A stretch of 64,000 bases of DNA from contig NC_092673.1 of the NCBI RefSeq assembly GCF_964355755.1, positions 30,997,648-31,061,647 of the forward strand, read 5' to 3'. Each line of letters opens with the position of its first letter. The stretch's first letter is position 1. Both the position numbers and the translations under genes were made by a program. Under the pieces are notes generated by a model. It was given only the letters and a program-made list of their open reading frames with translations. It ran no database searches and was not told where the DNA came from. This document shows positions 15,101-30,100 of this stretch, one piece after another. Origin of the DNA: Antedon mediterranea (lineage: Eukaryota; Animalia; Echinodermata).

Positions 15101-18100
15101 GATCATACCGCTAGAGAGACTGCCATCGTTCAGAACAATCTGCATCGTCGATGCTATCTTGACAAAAATGTACATCACGCTGGAAGATCGTTTTGCTAAA
15201 GCTATGGTAAATCCAAAAATATTACTAAATTAGTAGTAGTCAACCTCTTACAAACCAACATAGAGACAAATACAAGTATTTTTAAAAACGCTTAATGTAC
15301 TTTGTTAGTGACATGGAAACATATGTAAATTTGTTTACACTTTGTGTGTAATATTTATTTTTATGCAATTTGTTTTCTCCTATTTATTGAATATGTGTTT
15401 TTGTATTTCTTATTCAGAGTGATACCGATCCTCACAAAGCAATGGCTGTTGCTAAAGACCTGCTTCCTCTCATCTTCCAATTGATTGCCAGTTATGTGAC
15501 AGTTGCTAGGTAAGATTAATTCATTTTATTAAAAATGGTGCAAAAGTACACCCATCCACTCTATCAGATAATTTTCTGAATGATTATAAAATAAAAGCAG
15601 AAGATGTTTGACCAACTAGATGTTATGTTCCCAACTACTCATCAATCCGTGACCTATTTTAAATTTCAATATTTCTTTCACATTTTCCATAGAACGTACA
15701 TACTGTATCAAATAATACACCACGAAGACATAAAGCCGGAACAAGCGGTCAATGAAGCATTCTATTTCTATGACACAGTGCTACGCATCTCATCTGGTCG
15801 TGCATCCAAGCTTGCAAACGTTGGCTCCACGTTGCTCATCAACTTACCAGGTCCAGTAAGAAACGTAGTGGAGAAGTGGGCAGCCAGTAGTATCACAGAG
15901 TTTCCTTCCATCTGTTCATGTGTAAGTTATTGTTCTTCTTCATCTTGATTTCTCTGTCAAAGCCATGTTGTTGATACATTTGTCTTCCCATGTTTCCTAT
16001 GTCTTTGGTTGATGCAAGATTATTTCAAATTTTCCCATTTGTAGAAGAATGCGTTTGCAAAGGATCTTGTGCCATCTGAATGTCTTCTTAATGCAACACA
16101 ATCAGCTCATCTAAGCACACTGTCAAGTAAGTCTTTTTGACAATATCATTCTTTAAAGAACATACAGCAGAACCCTGAAAAGCAATTGGCCGTAGTGTTA
16201 TTGGCATATGTAACAAATATAGGCCCTTGTTTCCAGGGAATTCCTGAATAAGAGTGACATCAAGAAGGTGTCCTACTTAAGTACATCTCTACAGATTGGT
16301 TTAGTGAATACACTAGTTATAGGAAGAGACAATTTACTTTATGCTGTCATATTTATATTCTTTTTTTTTCAGATTCTGAGACAGCATTTCCTATTGCGTC
16401 ATCTTTAAAACATGCACTCCTTACAATGGTTCAGTTCGCAAGGGAGTTACTAGTGTAAGTGGTACACCTTCCAGACATCCAGTATTATCCTGGAGTCTCT
16501 GTCTACACTATCAAACTTTATGTGACAAAAAATGTTTTGTGCCCATATATGGACATGATGATGTCATATCACTACTATATTTGGGAATATCACTACCATA
16601 TTTGGGTATATCATAGTTCAGTTCATAGTTCATATCACTACCATATTGAACATATCACACTTTTTTGTCAAACTAGGTTGATAGTGTGTAGACAGAGCTT
16701 TACAGAATATTCCTGAAAACTCTAAAAAGTCGTAAAATATTCCTAAAATATTCCTTGTTTTTATATTCAGCTGGTATCCAGATGAAGAGGAGAACAACCA
16801 GTTGATGGTACAGGTGTTCTTTCCATTATTATTGGATGGAAGTACTGAGCATTTAACAGAAAGTGTAAGTAGTAAAAAAATACTTTTTAAAATCACTGTA
16901 AAACCGAAGTTCAAACCCTTCGATGTCATTAGGTTTTTATTTGGTATAATCTGATGTCATCAGACCTATTATACCATAGGAATATAAAGCTCTCTCCACA
17001 CTATGCATGTTTATGTGACAACAATATGTGATGTGCCTATATATAGACATAATGATGTCATATCACTACCACATTTCGGCATATCGCTACCATATTTGGG
17101 CATATCACTACCATAGGTGGGCACATCGCACTTTTTTTTCGAACTAGTTTGATAGTGTAGACAGACCTTAACGTATTTGATGTAGAGGTTGTCTTTTGAT
17201 GCCTTTTCAAAAATCAAACATAAAGATGGCACTTGTGTACAAACTATTTGTTTTTATTACTATATATTATTTTCTTGATCTAGTGCTCAAGTTCTTTGGA
17301 GCGTGTGTTAGGAAATCAAGACAATGAGAATTATGCCATCAAGCATTACTTTGAAGTTCTTGCCATGTGTCACAGATTGATTACTAAACCAGTATCATTG
17401 CAAGTGTAAGTATTAAAAAATGGCACCATTTTTGTGATTGCTAGTTCAAATAATGTGTTTATGATAATAAATAAAAGTACCTCAAACATATTTAGCTTAA
17501 AATTTAAGGTTTGTGTTTATTTTAATTAGCAACCTGATTCTTTTGTAGTGGTTTAAGTGAAACTATTCAACTCGAATGCATTGGCTACCTGGAGGACCTT
17601 TTAGAGAACACAAAAGGAAAAAAGGCATTAGAGGAGTTCTACTCACGAGATCCAGGTATGTTTAGTCTCGATTCAGCAACAATTCAACAGAAATCATTAC
17701 AACCTAATAATTTGAAAGTAAAACTTTTTCTATCATATAAATACATCTTTTTGAATGTATCTTGTTTTTTTTAGACTTGATTGACGTACTACTGTCAGTA
17801 AGGCATGAGAACCTATCATTTGAATTTGGAACTAAGGTGCTAAAATTCTTCAACAAACTTTTTGAACTTGGTAAGTTTGATATTAATAGATAAATACTTA
17901 GTTTTATAAACAGTAGTACTGTGGAGCCCCTATTATGCAGACACCTTTTTAATGGATTCATTAAATAGGTGTTGGCTGTAGTTAGCTTATGTCTTAGGAA
18001 AATGTCCCCTTTAGGCTATGTCCACACTATCAAACTAGTTTGACAAAAATTGTATGATGAGAATATGATAGTGATATGCTTAAATATGGTAGTGATATGA

Positions 18101-21100
18101 CATCATCATGTCCATATATGGGCACATCACATTTTGTTTGTCATATAATGTTTGATAGTGTAGACAGAGCTTTAGAGGTTCTACTGTAAATGTGTATACA
18201 ATAGATTTGATACTAAATAACCTTTATTTTTGACCACATGTCTTTTTTTTTGACAGCGGAGAAGCATCCATCAGACACAAGCCTAGACAAGCTCTGTTCA
18301 TACCTGTCATCCCTATCTCAGCCTGCTTACCTGGATGCAGTGCAGTCATGGCTACGTAAATTGATCCAAGCAGACGCCGCTGAAAAAATACAAGAGAATA
18401 GGCAACTAATGCAGTGTTTTGCGTCATATATTGTCAAAGAGTCCAGGTAAACAAACTTTATTTTTAAAGCTCTGTCTACACTGTCAAACTTAATATGACA
18501 AAAATGTGATGTGCCTATATATGGACATGATGATGTCATATCACTACAATATTTGTGCATATCACTACCATATTTGGAAACATCACACTTTTTTTGTCAA
18601 ACTAATTTGATAGTGTAGACAGCGCTATAGGGAGTGCGATATTCAGAGTTAGTATTGAAGAGTTTATATAAGAAACTAATTTGATTTTTAATGGTTAGAA
18701 ACTAATTCTCATTTCTTTAAATATATATATGATTGTCTGCTTTTATATCAAAACATGGCATCAAATCTTTATAATAATATAATTTACTTTTCTTTACTGT
18801 TTATTGCCATAATATTATTCAATTATATGTAAACTGTACAATTTGTCATTTTTCTAATTTCTTTAGTTCCGTAGCATATTACCACATTTATTTGCTTTAC
18901 AGCCCTGTTGGAGAAAGTGTAGCTACCAGTCTTCTAGAGTCTTTGATCCCAATGGCAACAGAACAGCTCTCGGGCCAAGGACAGCCATCTGGGTTCTCAG
19001 AGTTGATGGTGGTCATGATCACACTTGCTGGAGCAGGTTCAGGAAGAGGTTACATAGCTCTTTTCCAGGCTTCTCTTGGATGGCTACAACAATGGTAGGC
19101 TGTTTTTAAAATACAGTAGAAACACTCCTTTCAAACTAGTTTTACACAACAAGTGTGATGTGCCTAAATATGGTGGTGATATACCCAAATATGGTGTATG
19201 ATTTAACTAACTACTCTATTTAGGGGAAATTAATTAAAGTGAAATTTTGTTTGGTCCTGATAGTGTTCCTTAATAGGAGGATTGTGACCTCAAAAAATAG
19301 TTTTTATATTTGTTTATGCTTTTATACATAATATGTGATGAATTTTTATATCATAATTTTGTGTTTTTCTCTTCAAATGTTAGTAAGAAGTTTTTAGATA
19401 ATAAAGATGTTATTGAGAAGATGGAGTCTGATGTCCCAGAAACAAAGGTTTGTGGACATAATTACGAGATTTTATTAATAGTTAAAATGTAATTTGTTTT
19501 AGCATGCAGCTATATGTTTTACTAGAAATTCTCAAAACATGAAATCCTTTATTATTTGTTTACTCTTAGTTGTCTAGTTTGATGGAAGCTGCCAACAGTG
19601 TTCTTCAGCATATTGCCAACACACTTGGTGCCTTGAAGCAGACATCGGAAAGGTATGTCTACCACTGATGCATCATAGCTCGGCTAGAGTGCAAACTTTT
19701 TACAGCAAAGGGATGGCCAATGGGGTGGATCCCCAAACAGGCTTAGTCTATTAGATTACTGTGACATGAATGTCAAATCACTTTTTCAGCTTCGAGAGCA
19801 TAGGAATTTGCCATCTAGCCAATCTATAATACCTCAATGTTAGCAACACAATTATCCAAGGCAGAGAAAAGAAACTTTTTCTCATCATTTTGCTTAAATA
19901 AGCATATTTTTACTGTATGTAAATAAAAAGCATTTGCACAAAGAATATTTATATTAATGTCTAGGTTTATGTCAGTTTATGAGAAATTCCTATATATTTT
20001 GTTGCTTAGAACTTCTTCACTGCCATTTGAAGCTGAAACCAGCGCACAGGAAGTGGATTCTGATTGGGCAGAGGATCTTGTACCTGAAGATGATGATTCA
20101 GGTGGAGAAGACTCGGTAAAATTAATTTTTATTCATGTTTATTCAGTACAAATATACAATTAAATATAATTTTCAGTTCTGTATAATGAAACTGAATGTG
20201 GTGTTTTTTTTAATAACTAAAATTTTATTTTTTTTTTTAGGATGAAGATTCTATTTGTAACAAACTGTGTACATTCACAATTACACAAAAAGAGTTTATG
20301 AATCAGCATTGGTAAGATTTTGTTATTTTGTTTTTATTCATCCAACAGCAAAAAACTTACCAATTACAAGATGGATAAACTATAATTTATCATTCTTAAT
20401 GACACTAGGTCAGAATTTGATCCTAGGGAGGATTCGACCCCAGACCTTGTGATTGGAAGGCAAGCACATAAACCACCAAGCTCCACTATTATTCCTTGAA
20501 ATATCAATTAGAAAATTATTAAAATTAATTCTATTGCAATTATTGAAAAGAGATAGAATGCAAAACTCTTAAGCCCAGTAGTTTTTAGTATTATTTAAAA
20601 TTTAATAATTAATGGTTCTTTTTATTATTTTTTCTTTATTAAAGGTATCACTGCCACACTTGCAAGATGGTTGATGGTGTAGGAGTCTGTACCATCTGTG
20701 CTAAAGTCTGCCATAAAGGTCATGACCTTTCATATGCTAAATATGGTAGTTTCTTCTGTGATTGTGGTGCCAAAGAAGATGGTAGTTGCCAGGTAATTTT
20801 AATAATTTACCCAATTTCATATAAATGCATTGTAAAGTTATAAATTCACATTTAACCATATACCAATTACTTGACATCAACTTTCAATTTTGAATACATT
20901 TTGTACAAACAAATGAGCGTAGTGAAGTATTTAATTCATTTATTTTGTCGTTGTAGGCTTTGGTAAAGAGGACCCCAGGAAGCGGCCTTGACTCGTCAAT
21001 GAGCGCCAGCTGCATGACATCACCATTTGCACTTGATAAGAATACCTCGGACTTGTTGCAGCAACGCACAGTTCACACGGTAACAGAGCGTGTGATGCTA

Positions 21101-24100
21101 CACAGCAATGTGGATAGTGATATGAAAGCGTTCAACGAGAGAATCAAATTTCATCAAGCCCTCGGGAAACAGATCAGGGACATAAGAGATGACATTGTGC
21201 AATGCCTGGTAATATGTTAATTATGACTTTAAATATGCATAGCAGAATCCAGCAATCTATGACATGTTTACTGTCATCTCCCTCAATCCATTACACAAGT
21301 CAAATATCATTTCACATAATGCATTGAGCTAAGTCTATTATCTCCCACAATGCATTGAGACAAGTCAAATATCATTTCACATAATGCATTGAGCTAAGTC
21401 TATTATCTCCCACAATGCAAGTAATCCACTAATACAGTACAGAAGAGAAAAGTGGTTTGAAAGTTAAAACTTAAATTTTTTTTCTGTAGGATAATTCATC
21501 CAGTGCTACCTTAGTACTTGATCTGCTACAGTTGTTGAGAGATCCCATCAGCAAACACAGTATGAAGACCTCTGCCATTGGTGCCACAAAGAGAGCTCAG
21601 AAGGCCCTGCAGGAACTTGGATGTGCTGCAAAGACAGTAGAACACACTGATCATCTGATGGTAAGTCCTCCTGGACGTACTTCTGCTAGAGGCCTGTTCA
21701 CATTATTTAAGCTAAAATGCACAATATGAAGCAGCATAGTAAATAATGCTACAGGCATGGCACTTCGATGATGATGACTGCTAGACGTCTACTAAATTTA
21801 ATTGGCACTAAAGTGTTTATCATTATAAACCGGTTTCTTTTCAGATGCCAACTTTAGGGTCTCAAGAAGGTGCATTTGAAAACGTAAGAATGAACTATTC
21901 CGGCGACCAAGGCCAGACAATACGACAACTGATCAGTGCACACATGCTACGCCGTGTAGCCATGTGCTGTTTAACATCACCACACGGCCGCCGTCAACAT
22001 TTAGCCGTCAGTCATGAGAAGGGAAAAATCACAGTGCTACAGTTGTCTGCATTACTAAGACAGGCTGATTCAAGCAAGAAGAAGCTAACCCTGACTGTAA
22101 GTACTCGAATCAATTGACCAATCACAAGCAGCAGTTGATTATAATTGTTGCTTGTAATTCGTCAAGTTGCATATACATCTTTGCACTGTGTCCTAGTGAA
22201 AACCAAGATTACCCTCCCAAATCAGAATGTTCTTAAGGTTCCAAATATTTTCTGAAAACAAACATTTTTAGAAAACCAACCAACTTATGAGTGCAGTTTT
22301 GAAACCGTTTACTGTATTATCATAAAAATAATTTCCAAGTAATTTTTTTTTTAATTTAAAAATTAAATACAAAAAGATAATAAAAGAATTGCATTACTAA
22401 AGAAAGTAATTCATAAAATATTTTATTTTTTAGCGTCTGTCATCTGCACCAGTTCCGTTCACTGTGCTCAGCATTACAGGCAACCCATGTAACGAGGATT
22501 TTCTTGCAGTCAGTGGACTCAAGGTAAGTTAAAAGTCTTCTTATAAATAAAGGGTGTGGATGAATTTCATTTGCACCCTTTGAGGTGGAAGCCATTTTGT
22601 CGTCTTACAGGAGAATTTAAGATTAAGATAACATTTTTAAAAGTTTGAAATGAAATTCAAAACTCAAATAAAAACGGGAGGAAAAAAGTGTTGGTAAAGC
22701 AAGAAATTTCTTCTTGCAAGATCCTCTATTATTATTGTTGTATTGTTTAATTATATATTACCATTTTTTTGTTTAATAAATTTTGATTTATTAGTTATTT
22801 CATCAGAGCTAAGAATTGATAAACACTGTAACTTTACATTGCAAAATGTTGCTAGCTATTCTCGTTTTTCTCCCAATTTTGTAGGATTGCCACGTTCTTA
22901 CCTTCACCAGCTCCGGGAGTGTAGCTGACCACCTGGTACTACAGCCTCAGTTGGAGTCTGGCAACTTTATCATCAAAGCAATATGGTTGCCAGGTTCACA
23001 AACAGAACTTGCTATTGTGACTGCAGATTTTGTCAAGGTATGATCATTACTGTGCTTTATCTTGTATGAATTGTAACAAAATGAGTCACATGAGACAAAT
23101 TGGTACACTTCCAGACATGATCTGAGATTTAGATCATGACATCTTTGGAGCTGAGGCTGTTTAAATTATGTATGTCTAAATTTAAAACTACTACTACTAC
23201 TACTATTTTTATAGATAATAAAAACAGAGAGTAAAAGAAAATGTTGAAATCATTTTTTTATAGATCTATGACCTATCGAAAGACGCCACCAATCCGTACT
23301 ACTATTTTCTGCTACCAAGTGGTAAAGTACGCGATGCGACATTTGTCTTTACTGAAGAGTCACGTACCATGATACTTATGTCGTCTGCCGGTTACTTGTA
23401 TGCACAGCCCATGGAAGAGATAAGCTGTGCGTCGCATGGACCATTCTTTGTGACCAATAGACTTGAAGTTGCACATGAGGATGTCAAGGCAAGTTCTACA
23501 TTCTTGTAAAGGTCTTGATGTTTTCAATTAAAGTCCACTCCAGTTAAAAACTACCTCCAATTATAGACCATTATTGATATACATTAAATACTGTAAATGC
23601 AGCACCAGATGGTCTGTAATCCAAGTTAAGCTTGGTTCCCACTAGAACGTAATGCAAGGACGTAACCGCAACGCAAGCGTTTCAACCAATGACAAGCGAA
23701 GTTATAGACAGTTAGCAATCACAAGCGAATAAGCCATCGCTTGTGATTTGTCAATTCACTTGCGTTGCGTTACGTCCTTGTGTTGCGTCGCTAGTGGGAA
23801 CCACGCTTTACTCTCATAACAATAATAATAATACCAACTGAAAATCATCTAGATCTAGAAATTGTATTTAGTTAAAGACCACTGTGGTCAGTGTTTAAGT
23901 GATACCTATAGTCTACTAAAGCTCTGTCTACACTATCAAACAAGTCCGGAAAAAAAAGGTGTGATGTGCCAAAATATTTTTATTTTTATTTTATTCAATC
24001 GAAACCAACAGCAATAATTACCGCCACTAACAGGTTTGATACAAACAAAGCCAGGGCAGTTTAAAGCACCTTGATTGGTCCTGACATTGTTCTAGGGCTT

Positions 24101-27100
24101 CTCTCGTCCAGTGCCCACCTTGACCAGAGGTCTGAGGCAGATACTAGATGCAGGGGCTGCCATAAGAGTCAGCAGTGCTGATTTCAAATGCCTAACGGAA
24201 CCCCATCTCCGTATACAGCACCCGCTATTCCTAGATGGTCTCCCATCCAAGCTCTAACCAGGCCCAACGTTGCTTAACTTCAACGTGGTAGTGATATGAC
24301 ATCATCATGTCCAAATATTTCATGTCCACATTATATACTTCTGTCACATAAGGTTTGATAGTGTAAACAGAGCTTTAAGATATCTGTCAACGTATAACAT
24401 TAATGTTTGTATGTACTTTTAAATATAAAAATAACGGAAACCAATAAAAAGATTTTATTAAATAATATATGTTCAACATTTTTAGGACAGCAACGGCAAT
24501 ACCTTTGGAGGTGGAGTATCCTGTTACTACTCACACACGCTGCAGCTTCTGTTCTTCAGTTACAGTCAAGGGAAGAACTTCATTGGAGCTATCAGTAAAG
24601 ATTTCAGCCAGATTGCAACTCCATTTGCTGTTGCACTAAAAGGGTAAGCATGTTGCTTCCTTTACATTAAATCTTATTATTTATTAAAAGGATTTTGGAA
24701 AAAAACATTTTAAGGCTTGGATTTACTGTTTACACTATCAAACTATTTTGAAATGTGTGATGTGCCCAAATATAGATGTGATATGACAATGTGTCCATAT
24801 GTGGACACATCACATCACGTCACAAATTTTGATAGTGTAGACAGAGCTTTAGACGCACTTTACAAACGACTGACTTCTTCAGCACAGATCTGCATTACAG
24901 AAACAAACTTTCTCTGCTCAGATCAGGTCTGATACCAGCAGACCACCTGACCTGTCGACATTGGTCTAGTCCTCTATAAATAACTTGGTTTGACTGTCCT
25001 TTCAGGTGTGACAACCTTGCTGTACAACCGTGTATGAATCATCATTATTTTCCGTTTTCTTTCACAGCAATGGTGGTGCCAAGTCGAACCCCCCAGCCTT
25101 GTGTCAGTGGAGTGAGGTAGTTAACCATCCAGGTCTGATCTGTGCTCTTACACAAACCTCAAGCATCCCAGTTATTCTGATGGTTGAGCCTGGACGTATT
25201 ATGGTTCAAGAAGTCAAGGCACTGCCAGCAAAAGCAAAGGTGTGAATTAGTTTTTAAAATGATATATGAATGTAAAGCTCTGATTAAGTATTGTACAGTA
25301 AGTCAGCTTAGAGGCCATCGACATCAATAAGAAACACAGTATCATCCTCAAAACGAGGGATAGCCAACATTCGAAAGGATAAGGTAACATTCTATTTAAC
25401 AATATTCTATACAGGTACAAGACATGGTTGCCATTAGACACACATCCTCTTCAGACCAGCAGCGGACAACATTGATACTTTTGTGCGAAGATGGCAGTCT
25501 CCGCATCTACATGGCCAATATTGATAACACAAGTTATTGGTTATCCTCAATGTTCCAAACACCAAGCGCTATCAATACATTGAAACCTTATCGTAAGAAG
25601 AAAGCAACTAAATCAGGTATGGGTAGAATTGTAGCCTTCTTTCCAATCCAAAAATCCAGATTTCAATACTCACTTAGTGCCCAGGTTTCCACTGTTCAAC
25701 TGTTGCTCCACTCCCTAAGCCTCAAACAAGACTTTATGTTTAGCATGATAAATATTATTATGTAATTGAGCGAGTTAATTTGATTGCTGTTGGATGTATA
25801 TGGGGTGGGGGGGATAAACTAAAGTTGTAGATTGTTAAGTTACTCAACTTATTGCATATTGCAACCAATCTCTGTTATAGTAACAACAATTTTTATTCAA
25901 GATTTTTTATTCTTTTTTGATGACAGGACGACCTTCGGGTCAAGTGTCATTCCCAGTTGATTTCTTTGAAAACTGTCAAGCGATGAATGATGTAGAATTT
26001 GGTGGAAATGACCTTTTGCAAGTGTACAACGTACAACAAGTGAAACACAGATTGAACACAACAGGCACATATGTTGCCAGTACCAAGGTAAGGAGATGCA
26101 GCTTGGCTAAAATATTGAAGTTCTTATTATTATAAAGTCATTGGTCCAAATCTTTTCTGGTATCCAATGGCTGAATTCACCATTTACACTTTACACTAGA
26201 CGAAAGTAAATACATAATCTTATAATAAAAAAATACTATAATTGAATACCACTATCTCATTTAATGTTTTTTAGTGGACACAGCCAACCTTCTCAAACCA
26301 GACATTCTGAAAATGTCCAAAACACTCCACAAACATCAGATATATTACTGTAGTATTTTAGTTGAAAATAAAGTGATATAAACAAATAGTTAAATATATA
26401 TATTTTTTTTTTTCTAGCCAAATGGATTCTCCATTCAAATCGCAAACAACAATAGTTCAATGGTGATGGTAGGGGTCAGAGTTCATGTTGGCACTCAGTT
26501 CATTGAGAAAGCGCCTTCCTATCTGGAGGTATTTGGCCGGTCCACACAGGTAAAGTAACATATTGCTTTTAAATTCATTATAATTTTGCAAAATTATTTC
26601 ATCAGCAAACATATTTCAAATTCATTTTGGTCAGTCCTCACTGAGTAGCCAATCAAATCACAATAAATTTCAACTTTCAACTTTCAAGGAAGACTTGACC
26701 TTGACTTGCTAATAGGTTAATTGTTTTTTGTGGGACATGTATGTATGTATGTTTTTTCATCATGTATTTGTGTATTCTTTAGGTATGTTAATTATGCTTT
26801 AATCTTTTTAGGCATCATTGCTACGTAATCGTTGGTATGACATGCCATTCACACGAGATGAATCACTTACTGCTGACAAAAAGTTCACATTGTTTGGTAA
26901 GGATTTTTCAGTTATCAGTGTAATCTTATAAGATATAAGATACTGGCCATATTCATGAAATAAATCCTATTTTGTCACTGAAAATTTGTCCCAGTGGAGT
27001 AACGCAGGTGGAAACCTCCCCTGGTTTAGCACTCCTCAGGGGCCAACCAATGCTGGTTAGTTGCATTGGGGCTCCTTAAGCTCTGTGTCTCCTGTTCTTA

Positions 27101-30100
27101 GCCAGTGAGCATGTAACGTCATGTCTTTGTTTAGTTTTGCTTTAGACTACTTTCCCTTTTTCTTTTCCTCTAATTGTTAAAATATATTCATACTTTTTTT
27201 TATGATTTCATTATTGAATAATCTAACAAGAAATTAAAAATATAATTTCCATTACGTGAAGTTTGTTTTTTCCTTCTTTTAGTTGGAGCATCACAGGACC
27301 CAAACAATGTCACAATGGTAGACTCAATCAAAGTGTATGGCAAAACAAAAGAGTCATTTGGATGGCCTGATGATCCTCCAGAGGATTTCCCAGTGACCAC
27401 TGGACAGCCTCCACCAGCTTCAGCAGCAGCTACACCAACTAATGATAATGAAGTACTTGCATCGCCGCCATTACCGTTGACCCCTCTGGATAAGCTTGTA
27501 GCGTCTTCCATTGAAGTACTGGATGGATATGTGTCTTTAGTTCCTATGGTAACAAAGGTGCAGTATATATTCATATTCATCTCATTTTGATCGATAACAA
27601 TTGATAAAAGATTCTAATTTATAATGCACTTTCTATCAAAGCGCAATAGATTAAAAGTTGCATTCAAAGGTGCCACCAAACAACTCTCATTCGTCTGTCA
27701 ACATCGACGGGGGCTGAGGCAGTATATTGAGTTAACCATTCTACTTCTCTGAAAGGTGCACTGGGTTCTTAAAAGTGCACACAAACCAAATGAGTACATT
27801 AATTGAACCTCCAGTCCTTATCCTAAAAGACTTATTCTAAAACAAGTAATATGATCAAGGAGAGGCTAAAGGGTCTTTCACACCTGTTCCGGCACGGTTC
27901 TGGTCCGGCGCCGGAAAATCCAATCGAACGTCATTGTTTCGTTTTCACGCGGCTACGCGCATATCGATTGGCGCATATCCGCGTGAAAACGAAACATTGA
28001 TGTTCGATTCGCTGGACCGGAACCGTGCCGGAACAGGTGTGAAAGACCCTTTAAACTTGACTTAAATGTATGTCTTTTTTTTTACAAAGGAAACAATTAA
28101 GCAAACAATGTTAGACCTAGCAACAGAGTTACTCATTCTGCCCACACCAAACTGCATACAGCAACAGACAAAGATGCTTCTTGCAGCTCTTCTGCAACCA
28201 AATACAGCCGGCTATCATTCACACAAGGTATTGTCTTTTAATTTTCTGTTATATTGGGGTGACCTGAAACCTTATTACTCATATTAAGCATTATAATAAA
28301 GTGATGTGTTTTTTTTTCATTATGTGGAATACTATATATATGTATTATATTTTTGTACTTAAAATACACAAATAATAAGTAATACAGTTTTAATAAAGTA
28401 AAAATTGTCTAAGAAATGATATATCGCTGAGTTGATATCCAGTCAAAATTGAACCATACAGTACATGGTCAAATGGTAGAACTGCATTATCAAGAAAATT
28501 ATTCCGTATTCAAATCTCTGTTTGGGCAACTTTTTTTCATTCTAACAGATTTCAAAATCTTCACCATTTCCAGTATATCCCTGTCTCAACACACATCGTC
28601 CATTACTTTTTTTATCAATAATCTAATATTTTTTATACTTTTTTTCTTTTTAACGAATATCAATGTCTTTTGAATTTAATCTAGGCTACGACTTTTGCCA
28701 TTTATTCAGTATAAATATTATTTTTATTTTGTAGGATGAAGCTCAGCTGACACATGTGATAAAATGTTTAGGCACGAGTCAGGAGACTCCTGAACTTGAT
28801 CCAGAGGGCTACCAAAGTCTTGTTGTGACAGCAAGAACAGTAGCTTCAGCTAGGCCTGCTAACCTGGTCCAGTTTGCTAACCGTCAACATACAGCATCAT
28901 GGCCTGCAAATGGTTTGTTATTTGTTATCTTATTGCATTCATTTTCTCATTTTTTTAATAAATATAACCTTGTTAACTCACTTCTTCATTTATCTAATTT
29001 TGTTATAATTTCTTCAAAAATAAAAAGTTTAACAAAAAAACAAAACAACTTGTTTAAGCAGTTTTAATCTCATTTTTTGGTGGAAACCTTCCCAAAGGTT
29101 GTAAAGCACTTCACGTCATTAGTGTGAAGCTATTATTACACAGTGAACAATGAATAACTTCATTTAAATACTGGTGCAAGTTAGTAAAAATAGAAGCATT
29201 GTGTATATAACTTCACATTTGGTATGTATACAAGTCAATAAAGATAAGATTAAAAGTGCTTAAACAAGTTGTTTTGGTTATTAAGTGCATTTCAATTCTT
29301 CTCAAGCATTGTCTACACTATCAAACAAAACAAAATGTGATATGCCCATATATGAACATGATGCTGTCATATTACTATCATATTTGGGCATATCACTACC
29401 ATATTTGGGCACATCGCACCTTTTTTGTCAAACTAGTTAAAAGCTTTGGAAGTATAACTATTTAAAATTCAAAATCTTTTGTATATTTACAATACACTCT
29501 CTGAAACCTGGTTAGTAGTTTAAATGGCACTGAAATTCTAATTTTTGTTCCTCAGCAGAATCTCCCAAGAAGATGTCTGATAGCGCAAAGAAAATGATGA
29601 CATCACCAATGGAACCATTGAAACTGTCGGATCTCAATGAAGAGGAAAACCAACACTTTCTGGTCAAGATGGTAGATGCATTCTGGCGTCTACATTCCAG
29701 TAAACCCACTCTAGGAATCTTGGCACCAGCTTGTTTGCCTGGTAGGTTGTCATGTCTATCCTGTTTTCAATTGTATTCAGTCTTCAATTATACCAAACAA
29801 GACCTCATACAAATACAGTCAACTCTCCCAATACCTCCCTAAAAACCAGAAACTCTCCCAAAACCAGACTTTTCTCAAGGTCCAAAAGGTCCCAAATTCA
29901 TTTTTACCATTATAAACACATACCGAATACAGACTTTCCAGAAAACCAGACATATTAGGCCAGCCCAAAGATGTCCGGTATTGGGAGAGTGTATATAAAC
30001 TCACACAATTGAGTGATGCATTCTTTTAGAGATAAGACTACTAAAATGACTTGACATTGTTTGTTCTTGCAGGTCTGACGAACATTGAAGTGACGGTTGG

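Noticed and set aside
24214-24281. Functional 5S rRNA gene
   Set aside because: Only the 3' ~68 nt is present, it is diverged, lacks a terminator, and is fused to a retroposon-like body.
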